64,000 bases of DNA from Eukaryota sp. TZLM1-RC (GCA_040285825.1 JAUPSS010000004.1:6477784-6541783); one strand, 5' to 3'. Counted from the first letter of the stretch, positions 36,849 through 48,420 are shown. Numbers and translations are program-made. The notes: generated from the letters alone by a model not told the origin.

Positions 36849-37103
36849 ATGTACACACCTCCTGCTCCTCGCTCATCCGGTAATAATACCAGGAAAACTT
36901 TCCTTGAAAGCTCTGATTGGAAGTTAAACAAAACTGTTAGTCATTCATCAAACAAAAACACTTCTGTCCCTAGCGTTTCACTTGGCTTGAAGCTTTCTAA
37001 TGGCATCTCGAAGGAAAATGTTAACATTGAGCTAGACGAACGAGAGCTGGAAGCCCTTTTCAATACTGTTGAAGATATCTCTGTTCATTTAGACAATCTG
37101 TAA
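36849..37103 (+). CDS. COMM-domain protein (C-terminal exon; 5' end unresolved)
   Basis: SDWKLNKTVS..VPSVSLGLKL..VNIELDERELEALFNTVEDI..LDNL fits the COMM domain pattern. Confidence 0.6.
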   Translation: MYTPPAPRSSGNNTRKTFLESSDWKLNKTVSHSSNKNTSVPSVSLGLKLSNGISKENVNIELDERELEALFNTVEDISVHLDNL

Positions 37104-37318
37104 TAAAGTAAGTTATTTTGTAAATAAATAGTTGATGTTTTTTGTTGTTTATTTGAACATTATTGGCACGTTATTATGCTAAGAAGCTCCTGAACTGTGT
37201 GTTCTAGGTTTTCTGTGTTTTATGTCTACACCATTAAGTAAAAGTTGAAAACTAAGGCCCATAGATGTCGTAGGGAGAAACCAGACGTTGGTGCATGATC
37301 AAAGATAATATTTTACAA

Positions 37319-37640
37319 TTATGCAGTGTTCTGTGACACCAATAGAAAAACTATAATTAATTTCTTGTCAACTTTCATTGTAGACTCACTAAACTGATCA
37401 TAAGGTAACAAACCAGCAGCTATAATTTGATCACACAACAATAATTGAGAAGAAATAACAGCAGATGAACGAATCATATTTCTTAAAACACAATAGTTGT
37501 CCCAAATTCCAAGTTCCTTTGGATCACAGCCTTTTCCAGAAAAGACATCTAAACCAACAATGCCACCCTTTTCGGCTTCTTCTTGCAAGTTGATAATAGT
37601 CTCTTCAGCATCAAGACCAGAGTGTTGAGCAAGTGTTTAT
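37319..37640 (-). pseudogene. CCT6: Orphan 3' fragment of chaperonin CCT-zeta
   Basis: TLAQHSGLDAEETI..VGLD..GIWDNYCV..SQLLLCDQIIAAG; upstream coding region absent. Confidence 0.7.
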
Positions 37641-37807
37641 CTCAATAGGTCAATTATGTAATATAGGCTAAAAAAACCAAATTCCGAACACTCATTGGAA
37701 CAATTACATCTCCCCAATCCAACAATCATCAATCACCATTTTGGTCTTCTCATTCCCCAATGTGAAAATGTGTAAACTTACCCCATTTTTCCACGTTACT
37801 TCTCATC

Positions 37808-40443
37808 ATGACCAAATTTCCCTACATTATTGGTATCCGCCACGAAACGCTTGACGAAGTATGTCGATCTGTCGGCTCTGTTTACCACAGTATGAACGCC
37901 GTTGTCCTCTTATTCCTTCTGATGTCAAAAAGCTTGTTGACCAAGGGGTTAAGGTTTTAGTCGAACGCAGTGGAGTTCGCATCTTTCCTGACGCACAGTA
38001 TGAACGAGCTGGTGCTGAACTTGTCGAAGATCGCGAAATTTATCGTGCTGATGTCATCATTGGCGTTAAGGAGGTACCCCTTGACCGTCTCTACCCAAAC
38101 AAGACTTATGTCTTCTTCTCTCACACAATCAAAGCCCAACCTGCAAACATGCCTGCGCTTGATGATATTCTTGCCAAAAAAATTCGTCTCATTGATTATG
38201 AAAGAATTTGTGATGAAAACGGCCGTCGTCTTATTAAGTTTGGATTCTATGCCGGAGTCTGTGGAGCTGTTGACTGTGTCAAACTTTTTGGCGCTCGATT
38301 ACTCACCAAGGGTATTGCCACGCCTTTCCTTTGGTTGGGGTACACTCGTGATTACCCCAGTCTTGTCCAATGTTATGAAGCGTTAGACCATATCGGTAAA
38401 TGTATCGCTGAAGATGGTTTTGTGCCTTCAATTGGTCCAGTTATCTTTTCTGTTTGTGGAACCGGTGCTGTGAGCTCAGGTGTTCTTGATGTTCTCAAGC
38501 GTTTCCCTCACGAATTCGTGTCCGTCGAGGATCTTCCCTCTCTGATGGAAAACTACTCTCTTAACAAATTGTACATCGTTGTAACGGGTCGCAAGAACAT
38601 GTACCGTAGCAAGACTACTGGTGCAATGGTTACCCCTGAAGAGTATGAAGCTAACCCACAGGGCTGTGAGTCAATATATGCTGAAAAAATTGCTCCTTAT
38701 GTTTCTGCCATATTTAATGGAGTCTTCTGGACCGCCAAGTATCCAAGAATTCTTACTACTGAAGAATCTCGTCGTGTCGCCAAGAACTGGAGATTGGAAT
38801 TGTTGTCCGATATCACAGCCGACGAGGGTGGTTCGTTTGAATGGATGTCCAAGATTACCACATTTGATGAACCTGTTACTCTCTGGAATCCTGAAACCGA
38901 TACTCTGACTGATGGTATCCGTGGCGATGGTGTTGCCTTTTACAGTGTAGATCATACACCTTGTGAAGCAAGTGTCGAAGCGAGTTCTCAGTTCTCCAAC
39001 AAGAATGTTCATTATGCTCTTGCTCTCGCTGAAGGGAAAATGTTGCCTGAATTGGAACGTGCCACTATTGCTGATAATGGAAAGCTCACAGAACGCTTCA
39101 GTTACATTAATGATCTGCGCAAGGAAAAGCGCCGTGAACAGTTCCATGTTGCTGTTTTCGGTGCTGGAAGAGTTTGTCCTCCATTCGTAGAAAAAATGAC
39201 TCAACGAAAGGACGTCTACATTACATTGATTTCCAATGAAGATGGAATGGCCCAAAGCCTCGCTTCCAATTTTGACAGAACCAAAGGTGTAACTCTTGAT
39301 ATTAATACGGATAAAGACCGTGCAATTGAATTGTTGAAAAATCATGACCTTGCTATTTCTCTACTCCCTCCTCCCTGTCATCCCCTTGTTGCTGAACTTT
39401 GTCTTGTCACTGGACGAGATCTTGTTACCACATCTTATGTCTCACCGCAAATGCAGGAACTTGGTGAAAAGGCAAGTGCTCAAGGTCTCACTTGGGTCAA
39501 CGAATCTGGTTTGGATCCAGGATTTGATATTTGCGAAATTTCAAGATTTGTTGATAACGCCAAAGCCAATAACGGTAAAGTAAGAAGTGTTCTTTCATTT
39601 TGTGGTGGTCTTGCTTCACCAGAATGTTTACAAGGGAACGCCCTTTCCTATGCATTCTCATGGAGCCCAGCTGGAGTTTTTAGAGCTTCTTCCAGTCCTT
39701 GTACTTATCTTGAAGATGGTAAGGTCAAGTCCAGCGATGATGCCCTCTCTCTATATAAACCCTATGACATTGGAATGCCTTGCTTATCACTTGTTGGCTA
39801 TCCTAACCGTGATTCTGTTGTTTTTGCCAAGAGACATGGTGTTGATGAAACCTGCAAGACCTTTATCCGTGGTACCTTTAGATTCGATCCATTCTGTTCT
39901 GTTGTTCAGAGCTTCAAGGCTGTTGGTCTTCTTTCCCAAGAAGATAATGAATTACTCTCCAAACGCATCTCATGGAAGGACTTTGTTCATAGTCTTGCTG
40001 GTGGAAAACTCGAGGAAATCTTTGCCAAGTTCCCTGGTACTGAAAAGGCTTATCAAGATATGGGTCTTTTAAGTGAAGCTTTTGTACCAAATGTTTCCAC
40101 CAAACCAATGCTGGTTCTTGCTGATTACTTGGGTCAAAAATATGCTGTATCTGGTGACCAGGCAGACCTTATTGTGATGTGGCACAAGTTTGAAGTCGAA
40201 TATGAAGACCGTCATGAAACCACTGAAATGTCCTTTGTCCGTAGAGGAACTGATAAGAGCACGGCCATGTCTGAAACTGTTGGTATTACCTGTGCAATTG
40301 CTGCTTTGGGTGTTAAGGATGGAGTAATTAAGAAGAAGGGCTTGGTTGATCCTGTTGATCCCACTGTTTATAACCTTTTACTTTCTGAACTCAAGAAGGT
40401 CGGTATTGAAATGACTGAAAAAACCTTTGTTCAATATAAGTAG
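37808..40443 (+). CDS. AASS: Bifunctional lysine-ketoglutarate reductase/saccharopine dehydrogenase; intron 37859-37890
   Basis: GIRHE..YERRCPL, IGVKE, FFSHTIKAQ, RLIDYE, DITAD; SDH half GAGRV, SLLP, TTSY, NESGLDPG, SFCGGL, FSWSP, GYPNRDS, RGTFR. Confidence 0.93.
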
Positions 40444-40877
40444 ATTTGCATCGTATAGTTTATTGATACGAGCTTTTGTATAAATTCTAATTTGTTTACT
40501 ATTGTCTTTGTTATTATTATTTTATTTGATGGTCACAATGTATCAACATGATACATCAATGTTGAAATACGGGAAACAGCCGAGGAAAATGATGAAATAT
40601 TCAATAATAAATTGCAAAATGATGAAATACGGGATAACCCTATTTAAATTCAGTGGGTTTTGAAATCTTTTTCAACCTTTTTCATCCACTGCTAGCTCTC
40701 CTTGAGACAACATGAGCTGTAGATTTGATAACCAAATAATTTGGATTGTAAAATGGCAAATCTGCTTCCAGAGGTATTTTCAATGAACAATTACCGACAA
40801 AAATTAATTGAATGTCAAATCATTCACTGTTTCTAAAAAAGAGAAGGAATTTGTACAATAAATTTATTTAAGAACTG

Positions 40878-42398
40878 TTAGGCAATAAATTCTTCATCAT
40901 CACTATCAGCATCATCATCTGAATAACCGCAACAACTTCGCCTCAAAATTACCCATAAAAGAGTTATTACAAATAACGCAATAAACACTATCGAACAATA
41001 GAAATAAACACTGGAGAACAAAGGAAAAGCAACAGTAGAAACGCCATTGATGACACCAATCTGACTCAGTAAGCAATCGGTTGTATTTAACACAGATAAT
41101 GAACAAGGAATTAATTCACCACTGGTTTCATTCTTATAAACTTGAGTTCCAAAAGAAACATAAGAAGGAGCCAAAGATGTGGAGTAAAGAGAGATGCATA
41201 GAGACGAGGAGAGGACAACAACAACAAGTAATAATAGACCTTGAGGAGTGGTTCTCTTGATACGAACTCTATACAATTTCACGCATAAAATTCGAATTCC
41301 CAGTCTACAAACAGAAAAAATAGTTGAAATGACAAGATAGACGACAATGACTGCCAAAAATAGAACATTAAGAGGGAAATAAGGAACACCCCAGTTTAAA
41401 ATAGCATCGAGAGGGTTAACAACTCTTGGAGCAGAAACCACATAACGTGATAACTCGTCGTGATTGCTGACCTGGTCAACAACAGTTGTACAATAAGAAA
41501 CAACTACAACCAAAGATACTGTGACAGCCCCTAGCCCTAATAGACCAAAAAAGGGGCTCATAATCCTCAACACTTTTGAAGACTCCTTTACCTTTCTCCG
41601 TGTCAAACTTAACTGCTCCCTCAAGCTTTCTTGCCTTTTCTCCACAGCCCTAACCTTTCTTGACGGTGCCTTGGTTGACAACAACACTCTCCTTTTATCT
41701 GATGCCAAAGCTAATTCAGCTTCAAGATCCTGTCTCATTAGCATATCTTCCTTGTTTTCCTTCTTGCACAGGGTCGAGATAAGGGCTATGGGAAGAGATG
41801 CGAGTCCATAAGAAGAGTAGCATGCAAAGAAGCAAGCTCCAATACAGGCACAGACAGTGGAAGCAAAGAGAACAGCGCTATCAAAGGAGGAATGGCCATC
41901 AAGTAGTTTCTTCAGCCAATCAACAGTTGAATCAGAGTCAGATGACTGGAAAAGTGCACCGAGGATGAAGAGAAAAACAAAAGCAAGGATGGAAAAAACT
42001 GTGTACTTTAGAGTAGCAAAGAATCGAGTTTTATTGGAAATGTCGAAATCATCTTCCTCAAACCAAAAGTAGGCAAAAGGGACAAGAAAAAAGATGTAGC
42101 ATAGGATCACGATGAAAGAAATGTTGTAAATAGTCTTGATGACATCTGCTCTTTCAATGGCTTCATCATAAAAGTCAGTTCTGGCTCCAGTGTCAGGGTC
42201 AATGGCAGAAGAGACATTATAGATGTCAATGGGGATAAGAGACACAAAAATTGTACAGAGAGTAAGCCCAAGAATTGCGACAAATGATGTTAATTTGGAT
42301 GACTCATATTTATCTGCTAGCATAGAGATGACCACGATAGAAAACAGGAGAGATGCCCCTGACGTGATGCCAACAACGAGAAGATCTAAAACAGGCAT
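40878..42398 (-). CDS. LMBRD1: LMBR1-family membrane protein (LMBRD1-like)
   Basis: Multiple TM helices; LIPIDIY, PFAYFWFEE, YGLASLP, VNPLD, TTPQGLL, LAPSYVSFGTQ. Confidence 0.8.
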   Translation of the reverse strand: MPVLDLLVVGITSGASLLFSIVVISMLADKYESSKLTSFVAILGLTLCTIFVSLIPIDIYNVSSAIDPDTGARTDFYDEAIERADVIKTIYNISFIVILCYIFFLVPFAYFWFEEDDFDISNKTRFFATLKYTVFSILAFVFLFILGALFQSSDSDSTVDWLKKLLDGHSSFDSAVLFASTVCACIGACFFACYSSYGLASLPIALISTLCKKENKEDMLMRQDLEAELALASDKRRVLLSTKAPSRKVRAVEKRQESLREQLSLTRRKVKESSKVLRIMSPFFGLLGLGAVTVSLVVVVSYCTTVVDQVSNHDELSRYVVSAPRVVNPLDAILNWGVPYFPLNVLFLAVIVVYLVISTIFSVCRLGIRILCVKLYRVRIKRTTPQGLLLLVVVVLSSSLCISLYSTSLAPSYVSFGTQVYKNETSGELIPCSLSVLNTTDCLLSQIGVINGVSTVAFPLFSSVYFYCSIVFIALFVITLLWVILRRSCCGYSDDDADSDDEEFIA

Positions 42399-42924
42399 AT
42401 GCTAATAACGCTGTAATAAATGCTAAGTAAATCTTTTTCTGTGATGGTCTATTTGGTTCAATAATAACCCCCTCAGAATCCCTCTGGCCTAATTCTTTCA
42501 ACTTTTGTTAGTCTAATCGTGATTCTTTTGGTCATCTCATCCTCCTAATTAACATATTCCGCTCTCCTTCCATTAACTACTGATGGTATCTACTTTTGTT
42601 GACCTTTTTCAATTTGTACCACTTTGTGTCACAATTAACTATATCTCGCTAGCAGAAACACTTCTTTTATGAAGATTATTCAACGAATCGGTTCAGTTTG
42701 ATAAAATGGTCTCAGCTGACCTGTTTAATTGTAAAGACAGTCTTCATCTCAACTTTGAAGTATCTTTTTACGATGTTCATTCGAGGATTTCGTCCAGGAA
42801 ATTGTAGAATAAAATAAAATGTTTATTTATTTTTTGAGTACTAAAAATGTACACGTGGATCAGTTGTACAACACTATATCTACATTAGCTGTTTTCTTGG
42901 TTGACCTCCATAAGGGGTTGTTGT

Positions 42925-43145
42925 GGCAGATGGAAACCAGATAGAAACATACCCTGTTTTCAAAGCTTTTCCAATTTCCATAAACAAAAGACTATCAGCA
43001 GAAGCAGGAACTTTTTTGAATGATTTTTATAAGGATAAAATTTGGAAACAAAATCGAGATTTAATTTTTCGTGCTAATTTAGCAAATTTTTCACAAAATG
43101 CTGCTTTAACAGAAATGCTATTCAACACAGGTGAACGTTTTATTC
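42925..43145 (+). pseudogene. Chimeric debris: family B non-LTR piece joined to a NADAR(YbiA)-like fragment
   Basis: FPISINKRLSAEAGTFLNDF then WKQNRDLIFRANLANFSQNAALTEMLFNTGERF. Confidence 0.45.
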
Positions 43146-43206
43146 TAAATTTACACTACAACCATTTATAAATAAATAGCCAAACTTAATTTAGTGGTTT
43201 TTAAAA

Positions 43207-43450
43207 AAAAACTTTTGAGACCGATCTACTAATGCCTTAGTAGCATGTGGTAGATCCACTTAGATACATCAACTGGTGAGGCTTTGTTCTGTGACAGCAG
43301 TAGGTTTATTTAAGTGAGGTAGCCCATTCATGAAGATCATGATTGTCTTTGTCAAATGACGCTGCATGTCTCTTACAGCCTGTGGGTAGACATTGAGAAA
43401 GTTGAAAACAGGAATGAATTTCACAGACTGAATGAAAGGCGAAATTGACA
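43207..43450 (+). ncRNA. Orphan copy of the candidate Fanzor omegaRNA scaffold
   Basis: 12 mismatches over the first ~200 nt vs reverse complement of 34318-34564; no Fanzor ORF upstream. Confidence 0.7.
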
Positions 43451-43477
43451 TGTTTAACATTTTTGTGCTATAAGCTG

Positions 43478-45379
43478 ATGCCTGGCCAACCTCAGCACAT
43501 CAGTGTTGCTCTTCGCATAAGGCCACCACTTCCTACCGAAAAACTACCACTAAGAGTAACTTCTAAAGATTCTTCTACTGTCCTTCTTAGACAACCAGGG
43601 AACCCCCCTCGATTCAGAGATATTGTAGAGCAATATTCATTTGAAGCTGTTTTTGATGATTCTAAATTTCCCTCTTCCGCCACTGCACAGGAAGAAGTCT
43701 TTCAGTTCGTCTCCCCTCTTATTGACAGTGTAATCAACGGATATAATTCTACCATTCTTGCTTATGGAGCCACCTCAGCTGGGAAAACGTATTCAATGGG
43801 CACTTCAAAAGACACTTGTTCATCATGCCCTTACTGCTCTTCTGCTTCTCCATCAACTTCATCATGTACATGCGGTGTCCTTTGTCGTGCTGTATCTTCC
43901 CTCTTCTCCAAACTAGACTCCCTACCCCACACAGTATCCTGCTCTTTGGTTGAGGTTTACAATGATGATGTCAATGACCTCCTCCAACCAAAGGGAATGG
44001 AGTCGCTCACCATCAGACAGGATAGGGAGGGCAATGTTGTTAATGGGGCTGTGTCTACTACTGTTTCTTCAGCCTCGTCATGTTTAGAACTCATCACCAA
44101 TGCAATGGAGCACAGAGCTACTGCTTCTACGGCTCTCAATGACAAATCTTCTCGTTCCCATGTTGTAGTCACTCTTGCAGTCACGGTCAATGGAACTCCC
44201 GCTACCAATGCTAAGCTTTCCATTGTTGACTTGGCAGGAAGCGAAAGGGTGACGAGGTCTAAGGCTTCGGGCCAGCGACTACGGGAAGCTACTGCGATCA
44301 ATGCTGGACTCTTGGCACTCGGTAATGTGGTCTCAGCTCTTTCTTCCCGTAACTCTAATCCTTCCACCCATGTTCCTTATCGCTCTGCCAGACTTACCAG
44401 GTTGCTGCAAGATGCTATCGGAGGGACCGCCAAAGCTGTGGTCATTGTTTGCGTGGGTCCATCCGATTGCTGTGTGGGGGAAAGCAAGAGGTCGTTGTTG
44501 TTTGGGAATAGGCTTCGAACTGTTAGAAATAATGTGGTTCGTTATGAAGTGGAAAGGGAGAATGTAGGTCAAAAACAGAGTCAAAAAGATCACGTGATTG
44601 ATGAGATGATTGACTTTCAACGACTTTACCAAAATTTACAACATTCTGATTCTGAGGTGGTACGGAAAAGCTTGGTTTTTAATGCATTGGATTCTGTTTT
44701 ACAAAAGGGCATCACTAGTGAAGTCTATGATTTAATGATGAAGGAGCGAGTACAAGCTCTTGAAGAAGCACTGAAAAGAGCTCAAGAAAGGCTTAAATTA
44801 ATGGATAACAATCAAATTGTCAATCAAAATTTGATTGGTGACGAATTGATTGCCGAAGACACTGATTGGCGATCCAAAGCTAAATCACTTGCTGGTGAAC
44901 TCTACAAGACTGATTTGGCTCTTATCCATACCACTGCTCAGTTGAGGCAAACTCAGCAGGATGTACACTCCCAATTGGCGGTTATTAGTGCATATGATGA
45001 CTTTTTTGATGACCAAGAACATCAGGCAGTGGGAAATAGTATTGTTTCTACTGAGGAATGGGTGTCAAAGTTAGAGGAAGCTGATGATGTGGTGATTGGG
45101 TTTGATTGGAGTGATGACAGTCAGGATGATGTGACTGATTTGATTGAAGAAAAGATCGATGATAATGATTTTGAAGGGGTTTTAGAGTTGGTCGGAAGTT
45201 CAGAGCCACAACAGAAATATTTTGAACTATTTATTAATAAAATCAAAGAATTAAGTACTGAAAATCACCAATTATCACAAAAGTTAGCCAAAAGCCAGTC
45301 CAATGAAAGTGCAGCAAAGAATGCAGTCGAGCAGCTAACACTTCAGATTAGAAAAAATAATAGAAGTTCTTTTAAATAG
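43478..45379 (+). CDS. N-terminal motor kinesin with coiled-coil tail
   Basis: VALRIRP, GYNSTILAYGATSAGKT, SSRSH, DLAGSE, HVPYR, LTRLLQD. Confidence 0.93.
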   Translation: MPGQPQHISVALRIRPPLPTEKLPLRVTSKDSSTVLLRQPGNPPRFRDIVEQYSFEAVFDDSKFPSSATAQEEVFQFVSPLIDSVINGYNSTILAYGATSAGKTYSMGTSKDTCSSCPYCSSASPSTSSCTCGVLCRAVSSLFSKLDSLPHTVSCSLVEVYNDDVNDLLQPKGMESLTIRQDREGNVVNGAVSTTVSSASSCLELITNAMEHRATASTALNDKSSRSHVVVTLAVTVNGTPATNAKLSIVDLAGSERVTRSKASGQRLREATAINAGLLALGNVVSALSSRNSNPSTHVPYRSARLTRLLQDAIGGTAKAVVIVCVGPSDCCVGESKRSLLFGNRLRTVRNNVVRYEVERENVGQKQSQKDHVIDEMIDFQRLYQNLQHSDSEVVRKSLVFNALDSVLQKGITSEVYDLMMKERVQALEEALKRAQERLKLMDNNQIVNQNLIGDELIAEDTDWRSKAKSLAGELYKTDLALIHTTAQLRQTQQDVHSQLAVISAYDDFFDDQEHQAVGNSIVSTEEWVSKLEEADDVVIGFDWSDDSQDDVTDLIEEKIDDNDFEGVLELVGSSEPQQKYFELFINKIKELSTENHQLSQKLAKSQSNESAAKNAVEQLTLQIRKNNRSSFK

Positions 45380-46672
45380 TGTTCTTTTTTTGAGAATCAT
45401 CATTAAGTTGTTTTTTAACGACAATTGTATAAGTAGTTGTGTAAATATATCGTTTTATTTTTTTATTGAGGGCAATCACTCTCTAAATTTTACACAAAAT
45501 GTAAATTATATTGTAAAAGTATTTCTTACATCAAGAGTTCTTGTATTGAATTTTGTCAAAAATAAATTCTTGCTGTTTTTTCCAAAATTAGATTTTGTTC
45601 AGCTTTCTTTTGATACCTAGCCAAACTGCTTGCAAATTTTGCAATTATTGATACAGTATAGTTAAATGGACATTGATTAAATACAAAGATCAAAGTTGCT
45701 GGTCTTGCAGCTTTTGTAACTAATAGATTGTGTCAACTAGTCAAAAAATTGGTATAAATAAATGAGAGCTTAAAATGTCTATCTTTTTACAGGCAGTTTT
45801 CATTGTTAAAAATTGAACATTTGAAGCCCTCAAATACTTTAGGATGCGTGAACTCAACATCAATGAAATTCAACTATAAGCAACTATTCCACTGGCTGGT
45901 ACTTCAAAGGGAAATGACAATTTGGTAATTATTATTTATTTATTATTATTATTTATTCGTTACTAATCTGACAGACCTATTATTTAATAACTGTACCATT
46001 AGAGATGATAACTCAAAGATAAAGACCTTTTTCCTTCGTTTGTCATCTGTAATTTTTATGATCATAATATGAAATGATTGAGGGCAGTCGCAAACAAAGA
46101 AGTTTTTACATAAAAGTCAACATGATAAAGCAACCCACATTGAACACTATAATAAATTAAGATGTCAAGAATATTGTTTACACAATTAGTTGAAATTAAT
46201 TAACGCCTTCATTTAGATCTAATAGATATGTTAGGATTTAATATATTAAACAACTCAATCCCAAGTTTGAGATAACATTATTTGCTGTTGATTGTATTTT
46301 ACACTCACTCAATGTATGAAATCTTCTGGGTTTATCAGCTCAAAATATAGAAATCTTTTTAGATTTCACACAATGGTTAATCTCTTTCTTGCTTCCCCCA
46401 ATACAGAATAGTTCTTCCAATTTTCAATTCTATCAAATTCTTGTTTCCAAATAGTTCTTCTTTTGAAGAAATCTTCAAACAAACTTTAGAATCAAAACAA
46501 TGTGTGCAAAATAGGGAATTTCTGAATTAGACATTCCTCAAAGCTCAAGATTCGTTAAAATCGAATCAGTGATCGATTTCATCTCCATTGCAATTATTTT
46601 TACTGTTTATTCAAAATATGCGAAATTCCCCATATACACACGATCGATTTTCGTGTGGAATAATTACAAAAA

Positions 46673-46876
46673 CTATCTACTAAACAAATACTGAGGCCAT
46701 TCAATACCACTCATTCTCGCTTCAGCAATTGCAAACATATTGAGACAAGCCAGCTTATTTCTATTGAAAAGCTTTGTTGAGCCTTTGTTACTGAGTTTGC
46801 AACTCTCACTATTACAAGCTAATAAATCATGACATGTAGTAACTGGATACTCATAGATATCATTTTTTATATTCAA
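46673..46876 (-). pseudogene. Fanzor1 extreme C-terminal fragment
   Basis: YP..CHDLLAC...C...FNRNKLACLNM..WPQYL, homologous to 22892-23080. Confidence 0.65.
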
Positions 46877-46968
46877 AGCAAGTGAGACTAAATAAGTGGC
46901 TGTTCATCAGGAATTGCAATATGTTGAATGTGCTCATGCGACATTTTATAGAATGGTAACAAATCGCT

Positions 46969-47649
46969 TCATACTGGAGCTTTCAATGATTTACCATTAT
47001 CCTTTGACTTTAATCCTAGTAGAAAAGGAGCCGTCTTTTTGGCCCATGTTGTTGGCTTGATGACCGATTTTGTTTCTGAAAAACACTTTTGTAGCATTTC
47101 AGTGTCCACTATGTTTGGAGAGAATGGAACGACACACATGCCATCAGGGACCTCTTGGGCAACGCTCTTGCTCAAACCCTCAATTGCGTACTTTGAACAA
47201 CAATATGCAGAAACGTTAGGACTGGTTGATCTTCCCCACCCAGATGAGAGGTTGACTATTACTTTGTTGTGTGGATGTCGTATCATATGCTTCATGAAGG
47301 AACGCATACAATTTGCTGCTCCTAGAACATTTACATTAATAACATGGTTGAAATCATCCGTTGGAATGTCAATAAAACTTTGTTGTGTATTCATTACTCC
47401 CGCATTGTTGATCAGCATATCCGGAATACCATACAGAGAGACGATTTCTGAACACCAATTATCAACAGCAGCAGCATTAGTAACATTAACTACAGAGACG
47501 GTCTGTCTAGTGAATGGTAGTTCGCTGTGTAAAGATGAAACGGATGAGATTGATGAGCCACACCCAATAACAGTATGCCCTAGATGGACAAACTCTTCTA
47601 AAAGACCTTTACCTATCCCTTTCGTTGCACCAGTGATGATTATAAGCAT
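46969..47649 (-). CDS. Short-chain dehydrogenase/reductase (pterin aldehyde reductase-like)
   Basis: TGATKGIG, NNAG, NLSSGWGRS, YCCSK. Confidence 0.88.
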   Translation of the reverse strand: MLIIITGATKGIGKGLLEEFVHLGHTVIGCGSSISSVSSLHSELPFTRQTVSVVNVTNAAAVDNWCSEIVSLYGIPDMLINNAGVMNTQQSFIDIPTDDFNHVINVNVLGAANCMRSFMKHMIRHPHNKVIVNLSSGWGRSTSPNVSAYCCSKYAIEGLSKSVAQEVPDGMCVVPFSPNIVDTEMLQKCFSETKSVIKPTTWAKKTAPFLLGLKSKDNGKSLKAPV

Positions 47650-47769
47650 CAAAAGTTGCTTGAAAAACGATGAATTGAGAACATATTCAATTTGAAAGTC
47701 TTCAAAAAACTGCATCAGCTATTCGATTGTCTGACGCTTGATGAACCGTGATCCCTAATCGCTCCTTTC

Positions 47770-48420
47770 GTGACCGCCACAAAAAGATATCAAATCTCTT
47801 CATTGTTCTTTTCTTGAACCAATTTTTGGAAATCATTCAAGAAGTTACTTGCTTCTACTGATAGTCTTCCGTTTATAGAGACTGGAAAAGCAATAAAAAC
47901 GAGTTGTGTTATTTCTATCAGCATTGGTTTCTTCCATATCTTTGTCGTTTTTGTTAGTTCTATTTTCACTTTCTGTTCAAGGGTATCTACATGGTTAAGT
48001 TTCCTTCTTTGAACCAAAGTGTCGTTTGCAACATTATGGGAGAAGGATCACCAACCAATTCAGAGCAATCAATAAAATCGTAGTAAATATCTCCTCGTCA
48101 TCAGAACCAAACTTGTTTAATGACAGTTTTTTCTAAGCAAGGACTCGACAATGCATGAGATTGTTGCCATACTTGCCATGTTAACGACAGTGTCACTGAC
48201 AGCATCATGTAACTAAGGCTGATTAGTTATCAATTTAAGGCATTTTGAAGCATGACGAAAGGTGAGCTGTATTGAATTGGAGCAAATACATGTTTCTTTA
48301 GTTATTAGTTGGCCAATTGAATATATTCAGTTATTTCATCTTTGTTACAAAAACTTCATCATCAGCGCAAAGCCCAAACCTTCGTGGAACCATGGAGAAA
48401 AATAGTGATGAATCTGCTGA
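47770..48420 (-). mobile_element. Family B RLE non-LTR 3' fragment (decayed)
   Basis: VQRRKLN..LVFIAFPVSINGRLSVEASNFLNDFQK. Confidence 0.75.

Noticed and set aside
38671-47695. Long antisense or alternate-frame ORFs over AASS, kinesin and SDR (e.g. 38671-39345, 43957-44367, 47039-47695)
   Set aside because: Shadow ORFs of well-supported genes with no motifs
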